Shown here: in pieces, positions 45,798 to 54,453 of the stretch
Numbering within the stretch: the stretch's first letter is position 1
How the letters are laid out: every line of letters starts with the position of its first letter
Origin: Clostridia bacterium
Lineage (GTDB): Bacteria; Bacillota; Clostridia; Oscillospirales; CAG-272
Reading direction: 5' to 3'
DNA: 64,000 nucleotides
Assembly: GCA_017935065.1 (NCBI GenBank)
Contig: JAGBIF010000019.1
Coordinates: 64,985-128,984 of the forward strand
The notes under the pieces: model-generated
Databases searched by the model: none
The model's input: the letters and a program-made list of their open reading frames with translations, nothing else
What the model was told of the DNA's origin: nothing
Translations under genes and position numbers: made by a program

Positions 45798-46157
45798 GTT
45801 AAAACTATGCTTTAAGTAAAAATACATATCCCCGCGAAAAATAGCGGAAAATATAACAAAAGCAAGCTTCGCGACAGTTTAATACACTTTTGCTTTGTAG
45901 AAAACAAAGAAAGGTACCGTCATTAAAACTTTGCCGTTATATAAAGTCCGTGCTTATTATTTCAGGCCCCCGAGCTCCCTTTATATGCTAAGCGCTGTAC
46001 CGCGGTGATTTAACATATGAGGCTATACGGGCGGGCTTACTGTTTTATATGCCCGAACAAACGAGCTAAGTGATAAGGCTATACATATTGCACAACTTTC
46101 CGTCGCTTTTGTTATTCATATTATATTATTATTTATTATTAAATGTAGCTTTTAGTG

Positions 46158-46186
46158 TTGACTTTTTTGATTTATTGTGCTAAAAT
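46158..46186 (+). promoter_or_regulatory. Sigma-A promoter with extended -10 for the opp operon
   Basis: TTGACT (46158-46163), a 17-nt spacer and TGcTAAAAT (-10 at 46181-46186). Confidence 0.65.
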
Positions 46187-46196
46187 ATTTTATATA

Positions 46197-46282
46197 CTGC
46201 GCGCAGGTTTTTAATTTATCACAATAAATAGCGACGCGTCGCTATTTATTTAAGTCATATGACTTAAGGTATTGCGCGCAAT
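46197..46282 (+). promoter_or_regulatory. Cluster of four perfect palindromes in the opp 5' leader
   Basis: The palindromes are ctgcgcgcag (46197-46206), a 28-nt one aataaatagcgacgcgtcgctatttatt (46223-46250), an 18-nt one ttaagtcatatgacttaa (46250-46267) and attgcgcgcaat (46271-46282). All were read directly from the sequence. Confidence 0.7.
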
Positions 46283-46319
46283 CCCGAGCAATCGGAAAAA
46301 ATAAAAAGAGGTAAAGAAA

Positions 46320-47381
46320 ATGGATGAACAAAACAAGAAATCCAATTCTGGCGGTTTTGCTCTTGTGCTTGAGAAGCTGAAGTGGTTTTTCCTCCTCGTA
46401 TGGGGCGGAATCAAAAAGGGTATGGCCGCCTGCTGGGGTTGGATAACATCAAAGACAGGTATGTATGTCATCAAGAGACTGGGTCTTGCACTGCTTACCG
46501 TCTGGGTTGTAATTACGGTTACATTCTTCGTAATGCACGCCGTACCCGGTGGCCCGTTCAACAGCGAGAAGGCTATCACCGAGGAGGCTAAGGCGGCACT
46601 TGAGGCTAAGTACGGACTTGACCAGCCGCTTATCGTGCAGTACTTCAAATATCTTGGAGATATCGTTTTCAGATTTGATTTCGGACCTTCTCTTAAGCAG
46701 AGAGGAAGAACGGTTATGGGCGTTATCGCGGACGGTCTTGCGACCTCGGCTAAGCTCGGTGTCATAGCGGCATTCCTTGCTCTTGCGGTGGGCGTTGTGC
46801 TCGGCTCGATTGCGGCGCTCAAGCGCAACAAGCTTATCGACCGTATCATAATGGTTGTGACGACCGCATTCGTTTCGATGCCGTCGTTCATAATGGGTAC
46901 GCTACTATTGCTTGTGTTTTCGTCGATGCTGGGGTGGTTCCCCGCAAACGGCTCGGCAGACGCGGGCTTTGCGGGACTTGTGCTTCCCGTTATTACCCTT
47001 TCGCTCTATCCTACGGCGTACATCACGAGACTTACCCGCTCGTCAATGCTTGACGTTCTCGGTCAGGATTACATCCGTACCGCGAAGGCAAAGGGTGTGT
47101 CGGGCACTAAGATAATCTTCGGCCACGCGCTTAAGAACTCTCTTATCCCTGTTATTACCTACTTCGGTCCTATGCTTGCGTACATCGTTACAGGCTCGCT
47201 TGTCGTTGAGCAGATCTTCGCCGTTCCAGGTATCGGCCGCGCATTCGTAAGCAGCATAACCAACCGTGACTACCCTCTTATTATGGGTACTACTATCATA
47301 CTTTCGTTCCTCGTTGTCATTATGAACTTTGTCGGCGATATTCTCTACAAGGTTGTTGACCCGAGAATCAGTCTTGAGTAA
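46320..47381 (+). CDS. oppB: Oligopeptide ABC transporter permease
   Basis: 353 aa with the OppB/DppB N-terminus YVIKRLGLALLTVWVVITVTFFVMHAVPGGP and motif IRTAKAKG. An alternative start at 46461 would remove a ~47-aa N-terminal extension. Confidence 0.85.
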   Translation: MDEQNKKSNSGGFALVLEKLKWFFLLVWGGIKKGMAACWGWITSKTGMYVIKRLGLALLTVWVVITVTFFVMHAVPGGPFNSEKAITEEAKAALEAKYGLDQPLIVQYFKYLGDIVFRFDFGPSLKQRGRTVMGVIADGLATSAKLGVIAAFLALAVGVVLGSIAALKRNKLIDRIIMVVTTAFVSMPSFIMGTLLLLVFSSMLGWFPANGSADAGFAGLVLPVITLSLYPTAYITRLTRSSMLDVLGQDYIRTAKAKGVSGTKIIFGHALKNSLIPVITYFGPMLAYIVTGSLVVEQIFAVPGIGRAFVSSITNRDYPLIMGTTIILSFLVVIMNFVGDILYKVVDPRISLE

Positions 47382-47401
47382 AAGGGAAAGGAGAAAGACA
47401 A

Positions 47402-48832
47402 GTGAAAAAGAAGTTTCCTACTATGCACGTGGATCTCGATTGCTTTATGCCCGCGGATCCCAAGGACAAGGAATACATGGTTAAAATGCGTCCCTCCTCT
47501 ACCTTCTTCAAGGACGGCGTAAAAAGACTTATAAAGAACAAGATTGCATTCGTTTCCTTCGTAATTATCGTATTTATCACGCTTTCGGCTATATTTATTC
47601 CGCTTTTCTGGCCCTACGGCTACGAGCAGCAGCTCGGTGTCAAGCTCGGCAAGCCTGTCGATCCCACCTACTCGAACCTCGCTCCGTTTGAATACGGAAG
47701 AAGCGAGAGAGCGAAGATCTACGGCAAGGCAAGCTTCCATCAGGTATTTTACGATGCTCCCGTCTTTGCGGTTTATGCGGACGATGCTCAAAAGGCTGAG
47801 TTTGAGGGCAAGCGCGCAGCTGCTCTTGAGGCGGCAAATGCTATCCTCGCTTCCTACAATGCGGGCGACAAAACTCCCGTAGCATTCAAGGCACTTACGG
47901 CAAATCTTCCCGAGGGCGCTGAGTACAAGAGCCAATCGGGCATCGGCGCCGATAACAAGGATTACAGAAAAGAGACCGCCGTTCTTGAATGGCTTTGGGA
48001 GGGCAAGGGCAAGAGCGCTGCCCGTGAGGCAAACGACGCTGCAGTTATTGAGACCGACAACGGTGTATATCTGCTCTGCTTCGTCTCGCACAAGGGCGGC
48101 GAGAGCGTATTCCCCCACATCTTCGGTACCGATCAGCACGGAAGAGACTACTTCATCCGTATAGTTTACGGTACCAGAATTTCTCTTCTGGTTGGCTTCT
48201 TCGCTTCTATTATCGTTCTTATTATCGGTCTTACCGTAGGCTCTATCTCGGGCTACTGCGGCGGTAAGGTTGACCTTATCATAATGAGAATAGTAGATAT
48301 AATCTACTCGCTTCCCGATATGCTTATGGTTATTCTTCTCGCATCCGTCTTTAACGAGGTGCTGGGTGATGCGCTGTCGGGTACGTTCCTAGAAAAAATA
48401 GGTACGAATATCATATCCCTCTTCATAGTATTCGCGCTTCTGTACTGGGTATCGATGTCGCGTCTTGTAAGAGGTCAGATCCTCTCGCTTCGTGAGCAGG
48501 AATATGTGCTTGCTGCCAAGGCGGCAGGCGCAAAGGGCTCGTGGATAATCAGAAAGCACCTTATGCCCAACTGTATCTCGGTTATCGTTATTTCGACCGC
48601 CCTTCAGATACCCTCGGCAATCTTTACAGAGAGCTATCTTTCCTTCCTCGGCCTCGGTGTTAACGCACCTATGCCGTCGCTCGGCTCGCTTGCGTCGGAT
48701 GCGCTCAACGGTATCAACTCCTATTCCTACAGACTTATCATTCCCGCAATAGTTATTTCGCTTATAGTGCTTGCGCTCAACCTTCTCGGCGACGGTCTGC
48801 GCGATGCCTTCGACCCCAAGCTTAATGGTTAA
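47402..48832 (+). CDS. oppC: Oligopeptide ABC transporter permease with a ~170-aa extracytoplasmic insertion
   Basis: GTG start after GGAG. TM1 occupies aa ~48-70. The OppC hallmark FGTDQHGRDY appears only at aa ~241, against about 25 aa after TM1 in E. coli OppC. The core motifs REQEYVLAAKAAGA follow. Confidence 0.85.
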   Translation: MKKKFPTMHVDLDCFMPADPKDKEYMVKMRPSSTFFKDGVKRLIKNKIAFVSFVIIVFITLSAIFIPLFWPYGYEQQLGVKLGKPVDPTYSNLAPFEYGRSERAKIYGKASFHQVFYDAPVFAVYADDAQKAEFEGKRAAALEAANAILASYNAGDKTPVAFKALTANLPEGAEYKSQSGIGADNKDYRKETAVLEWLWEGKGKSAAREANDAAVIETDNGVYLLCFVSHKGGESVFPHIFGTDQHGRDYFIRIVYGTRISLLVGFFASIIVLIIGLTVGSISGYCGGKVDLIIMRIVDIIYSLPDMLMVILLASVFNEVLGDALSGTFLEKIGTNIISLFIVFALLYWVSMSRLVRGQILSLREQEYVLAAKAAGAKGSWIIRKHLMPNCISVIVISTALQIPSAIFTESYLSFLGLGVNAPMPSLGSLASDALNGINSYSYRLIIPAIVISLIVLALNLLGDGLRDAFDPKLNG

Positions 48833-48849
48833 AGAAAGGAGAGCTTAAA

Positions 48850-49986
48850 ATGGCATTACTTGAAGTAAAAGATTTAAGAACCTCCTTTTTCACCGACGCG
48901 GGTGAGGTTAAGGCGGTAAACGGTGTATCCTTTAACCTTGACGAGGGTAAGGTCCTCGGTATCGTCGGCGAGAGCGGCTCGGGTAAGTCGGTTACGGCAT
49001 ACTCTATTATGCAGATACTCGCGGGTACGGGTAAAATAGTCGGCGGCTCTATCAAGTTCCGCGGCGAGGAGCTTGTAAACTCGGGTGAGGAAAAGATGAA
49101 AACGATAAGAGGCAACAAGATCTCTATCATCTTCCAGGACCCTATGACCTCGCTCAACCCCACCTACACCATAGGCCACCAGCTTATGGAAGCAATTCTT
49201 CTTCATACCAACAGAAACAAAGAAGAGGCTTGGGACAGAGCGGTTGAGATGCTTAAGCTCGTTAATGTAAACGAGCCCGAAAAGCGTATGAAGCAGTATC
49301 CCTTCGAGTTCTCGGGCGGTATGCGTCAGAGAGTTATGATCGCTATGGCGCTTGCCTGCGAGCCTGATATTCTTATCGCTGACGAGCCTACAACGGCGCT
49401 TGACGTTACTATCCAGGCACAGATACTTGACCTTATGTCAAGCCTTCAGAGGGAGCTTGGAATGGCTATTATAATGATAACCCACGACCTCGGTGTCGTA
49501 GCGCAGATGTGCGACGAGGTTATCGTTATGTACGCGGGCTCTATCTGTGAGCAGGGTACGGCAGACGAGATTTTCTACAATCCCTCTCACGAATATACCA
49601 AGGGACTTATGCGTTCTATCCCCTCTACTACCTCGGCAGGAAAGAAGCTTCAGCCTATTACGGGTACTCCGATAGACCTTCTCAATATGCCTAAGGGCTG
49701 TCCCTTTGCTCCTAGATGCGACGCGGCTATGAAGATATGTATTCACGAGCGCGCGCCCAGAATTCAGATAAACGACTGCCATCAAGCGGCGTGCTGGATG
49801 AACGAAAAGAAGATAGTTGAGGCGGCTTACGCAAACGGTGACGCCGAGGTTGACGCTATGGAATGCCTGCTTAAGGCAGAGTTCCGCGAGGATGCGCCTG
49901 CGGCAGATGAGACTGCTGACTGCAAGACAAGTGAGACAGCGGTGGCAGAAAACGAGACAAATAACGGTGAGGGAGGCAATGAGTAA
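48850..49986 (+). CDS. oppD: Oligopeptide ABC transporter ATP-binding protein with an acidic C-terminal tail
   Basis: Walker A GESGSGKS, signature FSGGMRQR and Walker [12 protein letters not shown]. The oligopeptide C-terminal domain (GCPFAPRC) is followed by a ~55-aa Asp/Glu/Ala-rich tail. Confidence 0.88.
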   Translation: MALLEVKDLRTSFFTDAGEVKAVNGVSFNLDEGKVLGIVGESGSGKSVTAYSIMQILAGTGKIVGGSIKFRGEELVNSGEEKMKTIRGNKISIIFQDPMTSLNPTYTIGHQLMEAILLHTNRNKEEAWDRAVEMLKLVNVNEPEKRMKQYPFEFSGGMRQRVMIAMALACEPDILIADEPTTALDVTIQAQILDLMSSLQRELGMAIIMITHDLGVVAQMCDEVIVMYAGSICEQGTADEIFYNPSHEYTKGLMRSIPSTTSAGKKLQPITGTPIDLLNMPKGCPFAPRCDAAMKICIHERAPRIQINDCHQAACWMNEKKIVEAAYANGDAEVDAMECLLKAEFREDAPAADETADCKTSETAVAENETNNGEGGNE

Positions 49987-50975
49987 TGAGCGAGAATAAG
50001 AACGACATACTCGTAGAGGTCAAGGGACTGAAGAAGTACTTTGACATTGCGATAAACGCCTTCCAGACGAAGCCTCTTAAGGCGGTAGACAACGTATCCT
50101 TCTTTATCAAGCGCGGTGAGACGCTCGGTCTTGTCGGTGAGTCGGGATGCGGAAAGACCACCGTAGGAAGAACGCTTCTTCAGCTTTACAAGCCTACTGA
50201 CGGTGAGATTATTTACGACGGCAAGCCCATCGTAACCAAGGAGGACCTTCAGGACTTCCGCAAGAAGGCAACGATGGTTTTCCAGGACCCCTACTCCTCT
50301 CTTAACCCCAGAATGACGGTTGCCGATATTATCGGTGAGCCGCTTGACATTCACGGTCTTTACGCAACAAAGGAAGAGCGTCAGGCGAGAATTCTTGAGC
50401 TTATGGACCACGTAGGTCTTAACTCCGAGCATGCGGCAAGATACGCGCACGAGTTCTCGGGCGGTCAGAGACAGAGAATAGGTATTGCGAGAGCGCTTGC
50501 GGTAAACCCCGAGTTTATCGTATGTGACGAGCCTGTATCGGCACTTGACGTTTCAATTCAGGCGCAGGTTATCAACATGTTTGACGAGCTTCAGGAAAAG
50601 CTTGGTCTGACCTACCTCTTTATCGCGCACGACCTTCTCGTCGTACGCCACATCAGTGACAGAATTGCCGTAATGTATCTCGGTAAGATGGTTGAGCTTG
50701 CTCCCTCCGATGAGATCTGCGACAGACCTCTGCACCCCTACACAAAGGCGCTTATGTCCTCGGTTCCTATGCCCGACCCCAAGGTCGCAAGAGAGAACAA
50801 GAGAATTACCCTCTCGGGTGATATTCCCTCGCCTCTCAACGCCCCCTCAGGCTGTCCCTTCCGCACAAGATGTCCCTATGCTACGGATATGTGCGCCGAG
50901 TCGATGCCCGAGTTCCGCGAGGTAAAGGAAGGACACTTCGTTGCCTGCCACAGAGTAGACGAGATAAACGCTTAA
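49986..50975 (+). CDS. oppF: Oligopeptide ABC transporter ATP-binding protein
   Basis: Walker A GESGCGKTT, signature FSGGQRQR and Walker B IVCDEPVSALD, plus GCPFRTRCP. The start overlaps the oppD stop (TAATG). Confidence 0.9.
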   Translation: MSENKNDILVEVKGLKKYFDIAINAFQTKPLKAVDNVSFFIKRGETLGLVGESGCGKTTVGRTLLQLYKPTDGEIIYDGKPIVTKEDLQDFRKKATMVFQDPYSSLNPRMTVADIIGEPLDIHGLYATKEERQARILELMDHVGLNSEHAARYAHEFSGGQRQRIGIARALAVNPEFIVCDEPVSALDVSIQAQVINMFDELQEKLGLTYLFIAHDLLVVRHISDRIAVMYLGKMVELAPSDEICDRPLHPYTKALMSSVPMPDPKVARENKRITLSGDIPSPLNAPSGCPFRTRCPYATDMCAESMPEFREVKEGHFVACHRVDEINA

Positions 50976-51090
50976 TACTCTCCCCCCCTGTTCGTATATA
51001 CGTAGGGATGCGGTGTGCAATACGTATTCCCTCGCGTATTTCGATATAGAAATACCTTTAAATCAAAAAATTTGAAAGGAAAGAAACACA

Positions 51091-52866
51091 ATGAAAAAGC
51101 TTTTAGCTGCTATACTTCTCGTTGTAATGGTATTCTGCTTCGCATCCTGCGGCGGCGTTACCAAGTCTGAGGCTCCTACTCTTGACTATCTTTACAACAC
51201 CAACGAGGGTCACAAGGCTATCGGTGAGTACATCCAGAGTGCGCTTGCTGCAGCTGACCTCAACGTAACTCTTACCAACCAGGAATGGAACACCTTCCTT
51301 AACACCCGTAAGGACGGCGACTACACCGTTGCTCGTAACGGTTGGCTTGCTGACTACTCGGATCCCATCTCCTTCCTTGATATGTGGACCTCGAACTCGG
51401 GTAACAACGACGCTCAGTTCGGTAAGGGCGCTCACAAGGATCTCAAGATGTACAATCTTGACCTCACCGATCTTGGCTACGATGTAAACGTTAAGAACGG
51501 TACCTGGGCAGAGACCTACGATGTTCTTATCGCTAAGATCAAGGCTTGCACCGACACCAACGTTCGTTACAAGCTCATGCACAAGGCTGAGGATATGATC
51601 ATGGATACCGGATGCCTTATTCCCCTTTACTACTACACCGACATCTTTATGATCGACGATGCAGTAAACGGTTTCTTCGCTAACCCCCTTGGCTACAAGT
51701 ACTTCATGTACACCACCATCGAGGGCAAGAACAGCATCAACGTATGCCTTTCCTCTGAGCCTGACACAATCGACCCCGCTCTTAACTCTGCAGTAGACGG
51801 CGCAACTATGCTTGCTCACCTCTTCCAGGGTCTTGCTAAGTGGAGCCAGAAGGCTGACGGAACTCTTGAGATCGTTGCTGATGCTGCCACCGCTCTCCCC
51901 GAGGGTGTTGTAAATGCTGACGGTACCGTAACCTACACCTACACTCTTCGTGACGGCCTTAAGTGGTCCAACGGCGATGATGTTAAGGCTTCTGACTTCG
52001 AGTACTCCTGGAAGAGAGCAGCTTCTAACGCACTCGCTGCTGACTACGGCTACATGTTCGAGGTTGTTAAGGGCTACGGCGAGGACGACGAGAACGGTCT
52101 TTCCAAGATCTCTGTAGTTGCAGACGATGCTGCTAAGACCCTTACCGTTACTCTTGCAAACGCTGTTTCCTACTGGAACGAGCTTCTTGCATTCCCCACC
52201 TACTATCCCGTACACAAGGCTACCGTAGCTTCTGAGTCTTGGGCAACCGAGGCTGCTACCTATGTATGCAACGGTCCTTACACCATCTCCGCTTGGGATC
52301 ACAACAGCTGCATCACTCTTACCAAGAACGCTAACTTCGTAGATGCTGCTAAGATCACCATGCCCGAGATCAAGTGCTTCCTTTCTGATGATGCTAACAA
52401 CATGCTCACCAACTTCAAGAACGGCACTTGGCAGCTTATCGATGATGTACCTACCAACGAGATCAAGAACCTTGAGGCTCAGTATCCTACCGAGTACAAG
52501 GTAACCGGTCAGATCGGTACTTACTATGTAAACTTCAACATCAACGCAGACCTTCTTCCCAACAACACCGAGCTTACCGGCGTTGAGAAGGAAAAGGCTC
52601 AGCAGGAGATCCGTAAGGCAATCGGCCTTCTCCTTGACCGTAACTACATCTGTGAGGAAATCGGTCAGGCAGGTCAGGTTCCCGCTCCTGCATTCGTACC
52701 CATGGGTATGACTGATCCTGAGACCGGCGACGAGTTCTACAAGAACACCGGCTTCAGCGACAAGTTCGACGGCTACTACGATGTATCTGAGGATGCTTAC
52801 GAGGCTAACGTTGACGCAGCTATCAAGACTCTTCAGAAGTACTACACCATCGAGATCGCTGAGTAA
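51091..52866 (+). CDS. oppA: Family-5 (OppA/DppA-type) substrate-binding lipoprotein with circularly permuted segment order
   Basis: Lipobox FASC. Residues ~30-210 match the usual C-terminal third of DppA/OppA (NGWLADYSDPISFLDMW ... LIPLYY). Residues ~215-560 match the usual N-terminal two thirds (SSEPDTIDPA ... TYTLRDGLKWSNGDDVKASDFEYSWKR ... GPYTISAW ... YYVNFN ... IRKAIGLLLDRN). Confidence 0.8.
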   Translation: MKKLLAAILLVVMVFCFASCGGVTKSEAPTLDYLYNTNEGHKAIGEYIQSALAAADLNVTLTNQEWNTFLNTRKDGDYTVARNGWLADYSDPISFLDMWTSNSGNNDAQFGKGAHKDLKMYNLDLTDLGYDVNVKNGTWAETYDVLIAKIKACTDTNVRYKLMHKAEDMIMDTGCLIPLYYYTDIFMIDDAVNGFFANPLGYKYFMYTTIEGKNSINVCLSSEPDTIDPALNSAVDGATMLAHLFQGLAKWSQKADGTLEIVADAATALPEGVVNADGTVTYTYTLRDGLKWSNGDDVKASDFEYSWKRAASNALAADYGYMFEVVKGYGEDDENGLSKISVVADDAAKTLTVTLANAVSYWNELLAFPTYYPVHKATVASESWATEAATYVCNGPYTISAWDHNSCITLTKNANFVDAAKITMPEIKCFLSDDANNMLTNFKNGTWQLIDDVPTNEIKNLEAQYPTEYKVTGQIGTYYVNFNINADLLPNNTELTGVEKEKAQQEIRKAIGLLLDRNYICEEIGQAGQVPAPAFVPMGMTDPETGDEFYKNTGFSDKFDGYYDVSEDAYEANVDAAIKTLQKYYTIEIAE

Positions 52867-52950
52867 TTTTAAAACTATTTAATTTCCGCTTCTTTCCGTC
52901 TTAATTGCACATTCGGACTGAAAGCACAGGGACTGTCCGTCCCATAAAGC

Positions 52951-52999
52951 GCGGGCAACTGCCTCCCCTCTTGGGGTTGCAGTTGCCCGCCTCTTTTTT
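52951..52999 (+). terminator. Rho-independent terminator of the opp operon
   Basis: 12-bp arms gcgggcaactgc / gcagttgcccgc followed by ctctttttta. Confidence 0.8.
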
Positions 53000-53077
53000 A
53001 TTCTATAAATGGATTAACGGTATTCACAAGACACAATACGCATCCCTTGTTTCATCATTATAATAATACTAAAAAGC

Positions 53078-53116
53078 AAAGGACGGACGTCGGCCCATGC
53101 CGCGCATCCGTCTTTT
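53078..53116 (-). terminator. Putative terminator of the four-gene operon
   Basis: Stem gacgga / tccgtc with an inner cggc/gccg pair. On the minus strand it is followed by ctttgcttttt. Confidence 0.5.
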
Positions 53117-53170
53117 GCCTTCTACACGCTGTCAAAAGCTATTATATCTCGTATTAAAGCGAGCTTTAAG

Positions 53171-53983
53171 CTACGCAAGCCTGTCGGTGTACTCCTTAAG
53201 TCTTTGGCGAAGTGCCTCCTCGGTGCTGCTGCTTACGATATTAATAAGCTCTCTGTGACACAGGAACAGCTCGCTGTCGGAAAGCTCCATTGAGCCAAGC
53301 TTGGTATAATCCGCCATAAGCCTCAGCATAATATCCGTCTTATTAAATGTGTGAATTCTATCGCCAAGGGACTTAAGTAGCATCATATGGATATTGCCGC
53401 CTGCAAGAGTTCTGAGACACATAGGGACACCCCGTCTTTGGTTTTCCTCGCGGTAATCGCGGTATACTCTGACAAGGGCGATAAGCTCCTGCGGTATTGT
53501 GGATATGCTTGTCAGGTCCTTAACAAGCTCGGGGACAGTAAGAGACATAGTTCTGTAGCATAGCTCCATGCATATCCTTGCCACCTCGGTTACGGCAGGG
53601 TCGGGACTTCCCTTTATAAGCGCATTTACCCTGTCTAAATCCCAGAGAAGCCTCACTTTACCGCGCCCGTCAAGCGTTGCTATACCGAAGGACCTAAGCA
53701 GGTCAAGCTCATACGAGCGCTCGGTGTCAACAGTAAGTCCCTCCATTACATTCTTTATATACCTTACGGCATCGGGGCTTAAGGTTGATTTTATAGCTAC
53801 CAGCTCATAATCAAGCGCCATATCGGCAAGCGCCTCGGGGCTACGAAGCCTCATTATAGGCTGGGTCCCCTCAAGAGATGCCTTTATAGCCTTTGCCTCG
53901 GTATAGGAAACACCCAGCTTTACCTGAATTTCGGCAGTTCCCGCCCCGGGGGTGAGGCAGGACAAATCTCTCTTCTCACTCAT
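53171..53983 (-). CDS. Hypothetical protein (270 aa), last gene of the VirD4-like operon
   Basis: The ORF overlaps the upstream gene by 4 nt (ATGA). It is predicted to be helical and cytoplasmic. No motif was recognised. Confidence 0.6.
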   Translation of the reverse strand: MSEKRDLSCLTPGAGTAEIQVKLGVSYTEAKAIKASLEGTQPIMRLRSPEALADMALDYELVAIKSTLSPDAVRYIKNVMEGLTVDTERSYELDLLRSFGIATLDGRGKVRLLWDLDRVNALIKGSPDPAVTEVARICMELCYRTMSLTVPELVKDLTSISTIPQELIALVRVYRDYREENQRRGVPMCLRTLAGGNIHMMLLKSLGDRIHTFNKTDIMLRLMADYTKLGSMELSDSELFLCHRELINIVSSSTEEALRQRLKEYTDRLA

Positions 53984-54453
53984 TTTGAATTCTTTATGTA
54001 TTCAAGCATCTCGCTATCTATGAGTGGATATACCTTGTCGTTCAAGAGGTATGCAACGCCTGCTGTGCAGAGCTGAGTTGCGTGCATTTTGCCAAGCGTG
54101 GGAATTCTTGCCTCTATTATAGTATTTATCTCAAGGTAGGTAAGCGAGCCACGCTCCACCAGCTCCTCAATGAGCTTTATATTAAGCTTCTTCATCCTTA
54201 CATTCTTAACAAAGCTCGCGCGCTTTGCCGCGGAAAGCTTTATCGGGGGCATCATATCGTGATTTACACGAAGAGCGCCCTCGGATGTGAAGAACCAGCC
54301 GCGATCCTTGAAAAAGCTAATCAGATCGCGTGTAAGGGTGTAGGTAAGCTTAAGCTCATACTGAAGCTCAGGCAGGGATATCACAAGCTTATCCGCGCAA
54401 TAATCAAGAATTCTTTTTACATTTTCAATTGCTACCATATAATCACCTGTCAA
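53980..54453 (-). CDS. Small protein with two winged-helix-like units (FtsK-gamma-like pattern)
   Basis: 157 aa. ISLPELQYELKLTYTLTRDLISFFKDRGWF..EGALRVN resembles the FtsK gamma pattern (S..QR.L.IGY.RAAR.I..ME..G.V). The second unit is LIEELVERGSLTYLEINTII. It has 4-nt overlaps with both neighbours. Confidence 0.5.
   Translation of the reverse strand: MTGDYMVAIENVKRILDYCADKLVISLPELQYELKLTYTLTRDLISFFKDRGWFFTSEGALRVNHDMMPPIKLSAAKRASFVKNVRMKKLNIKLIEELVERGSLTYLEINTIIEARIPTLGKMHATQLCTAGVAYLLNDKVYPLIDSEMLEYIKNSK

Noticed and set aside
44872-45819. 315-aa ORF antisense to the threonine-aldolase-family gene
   Set aside because: It is a shadow ORF opposite a gene with clear PLP-enzyme motifs, and it has no recognisable domain.
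51103-52302. 399-aa ORF antisense to oppA
   Set aside because: It is a shadow ORF produced by the strongly biased codon usage of oppA, with Val/Gly-rich nonsense composition.
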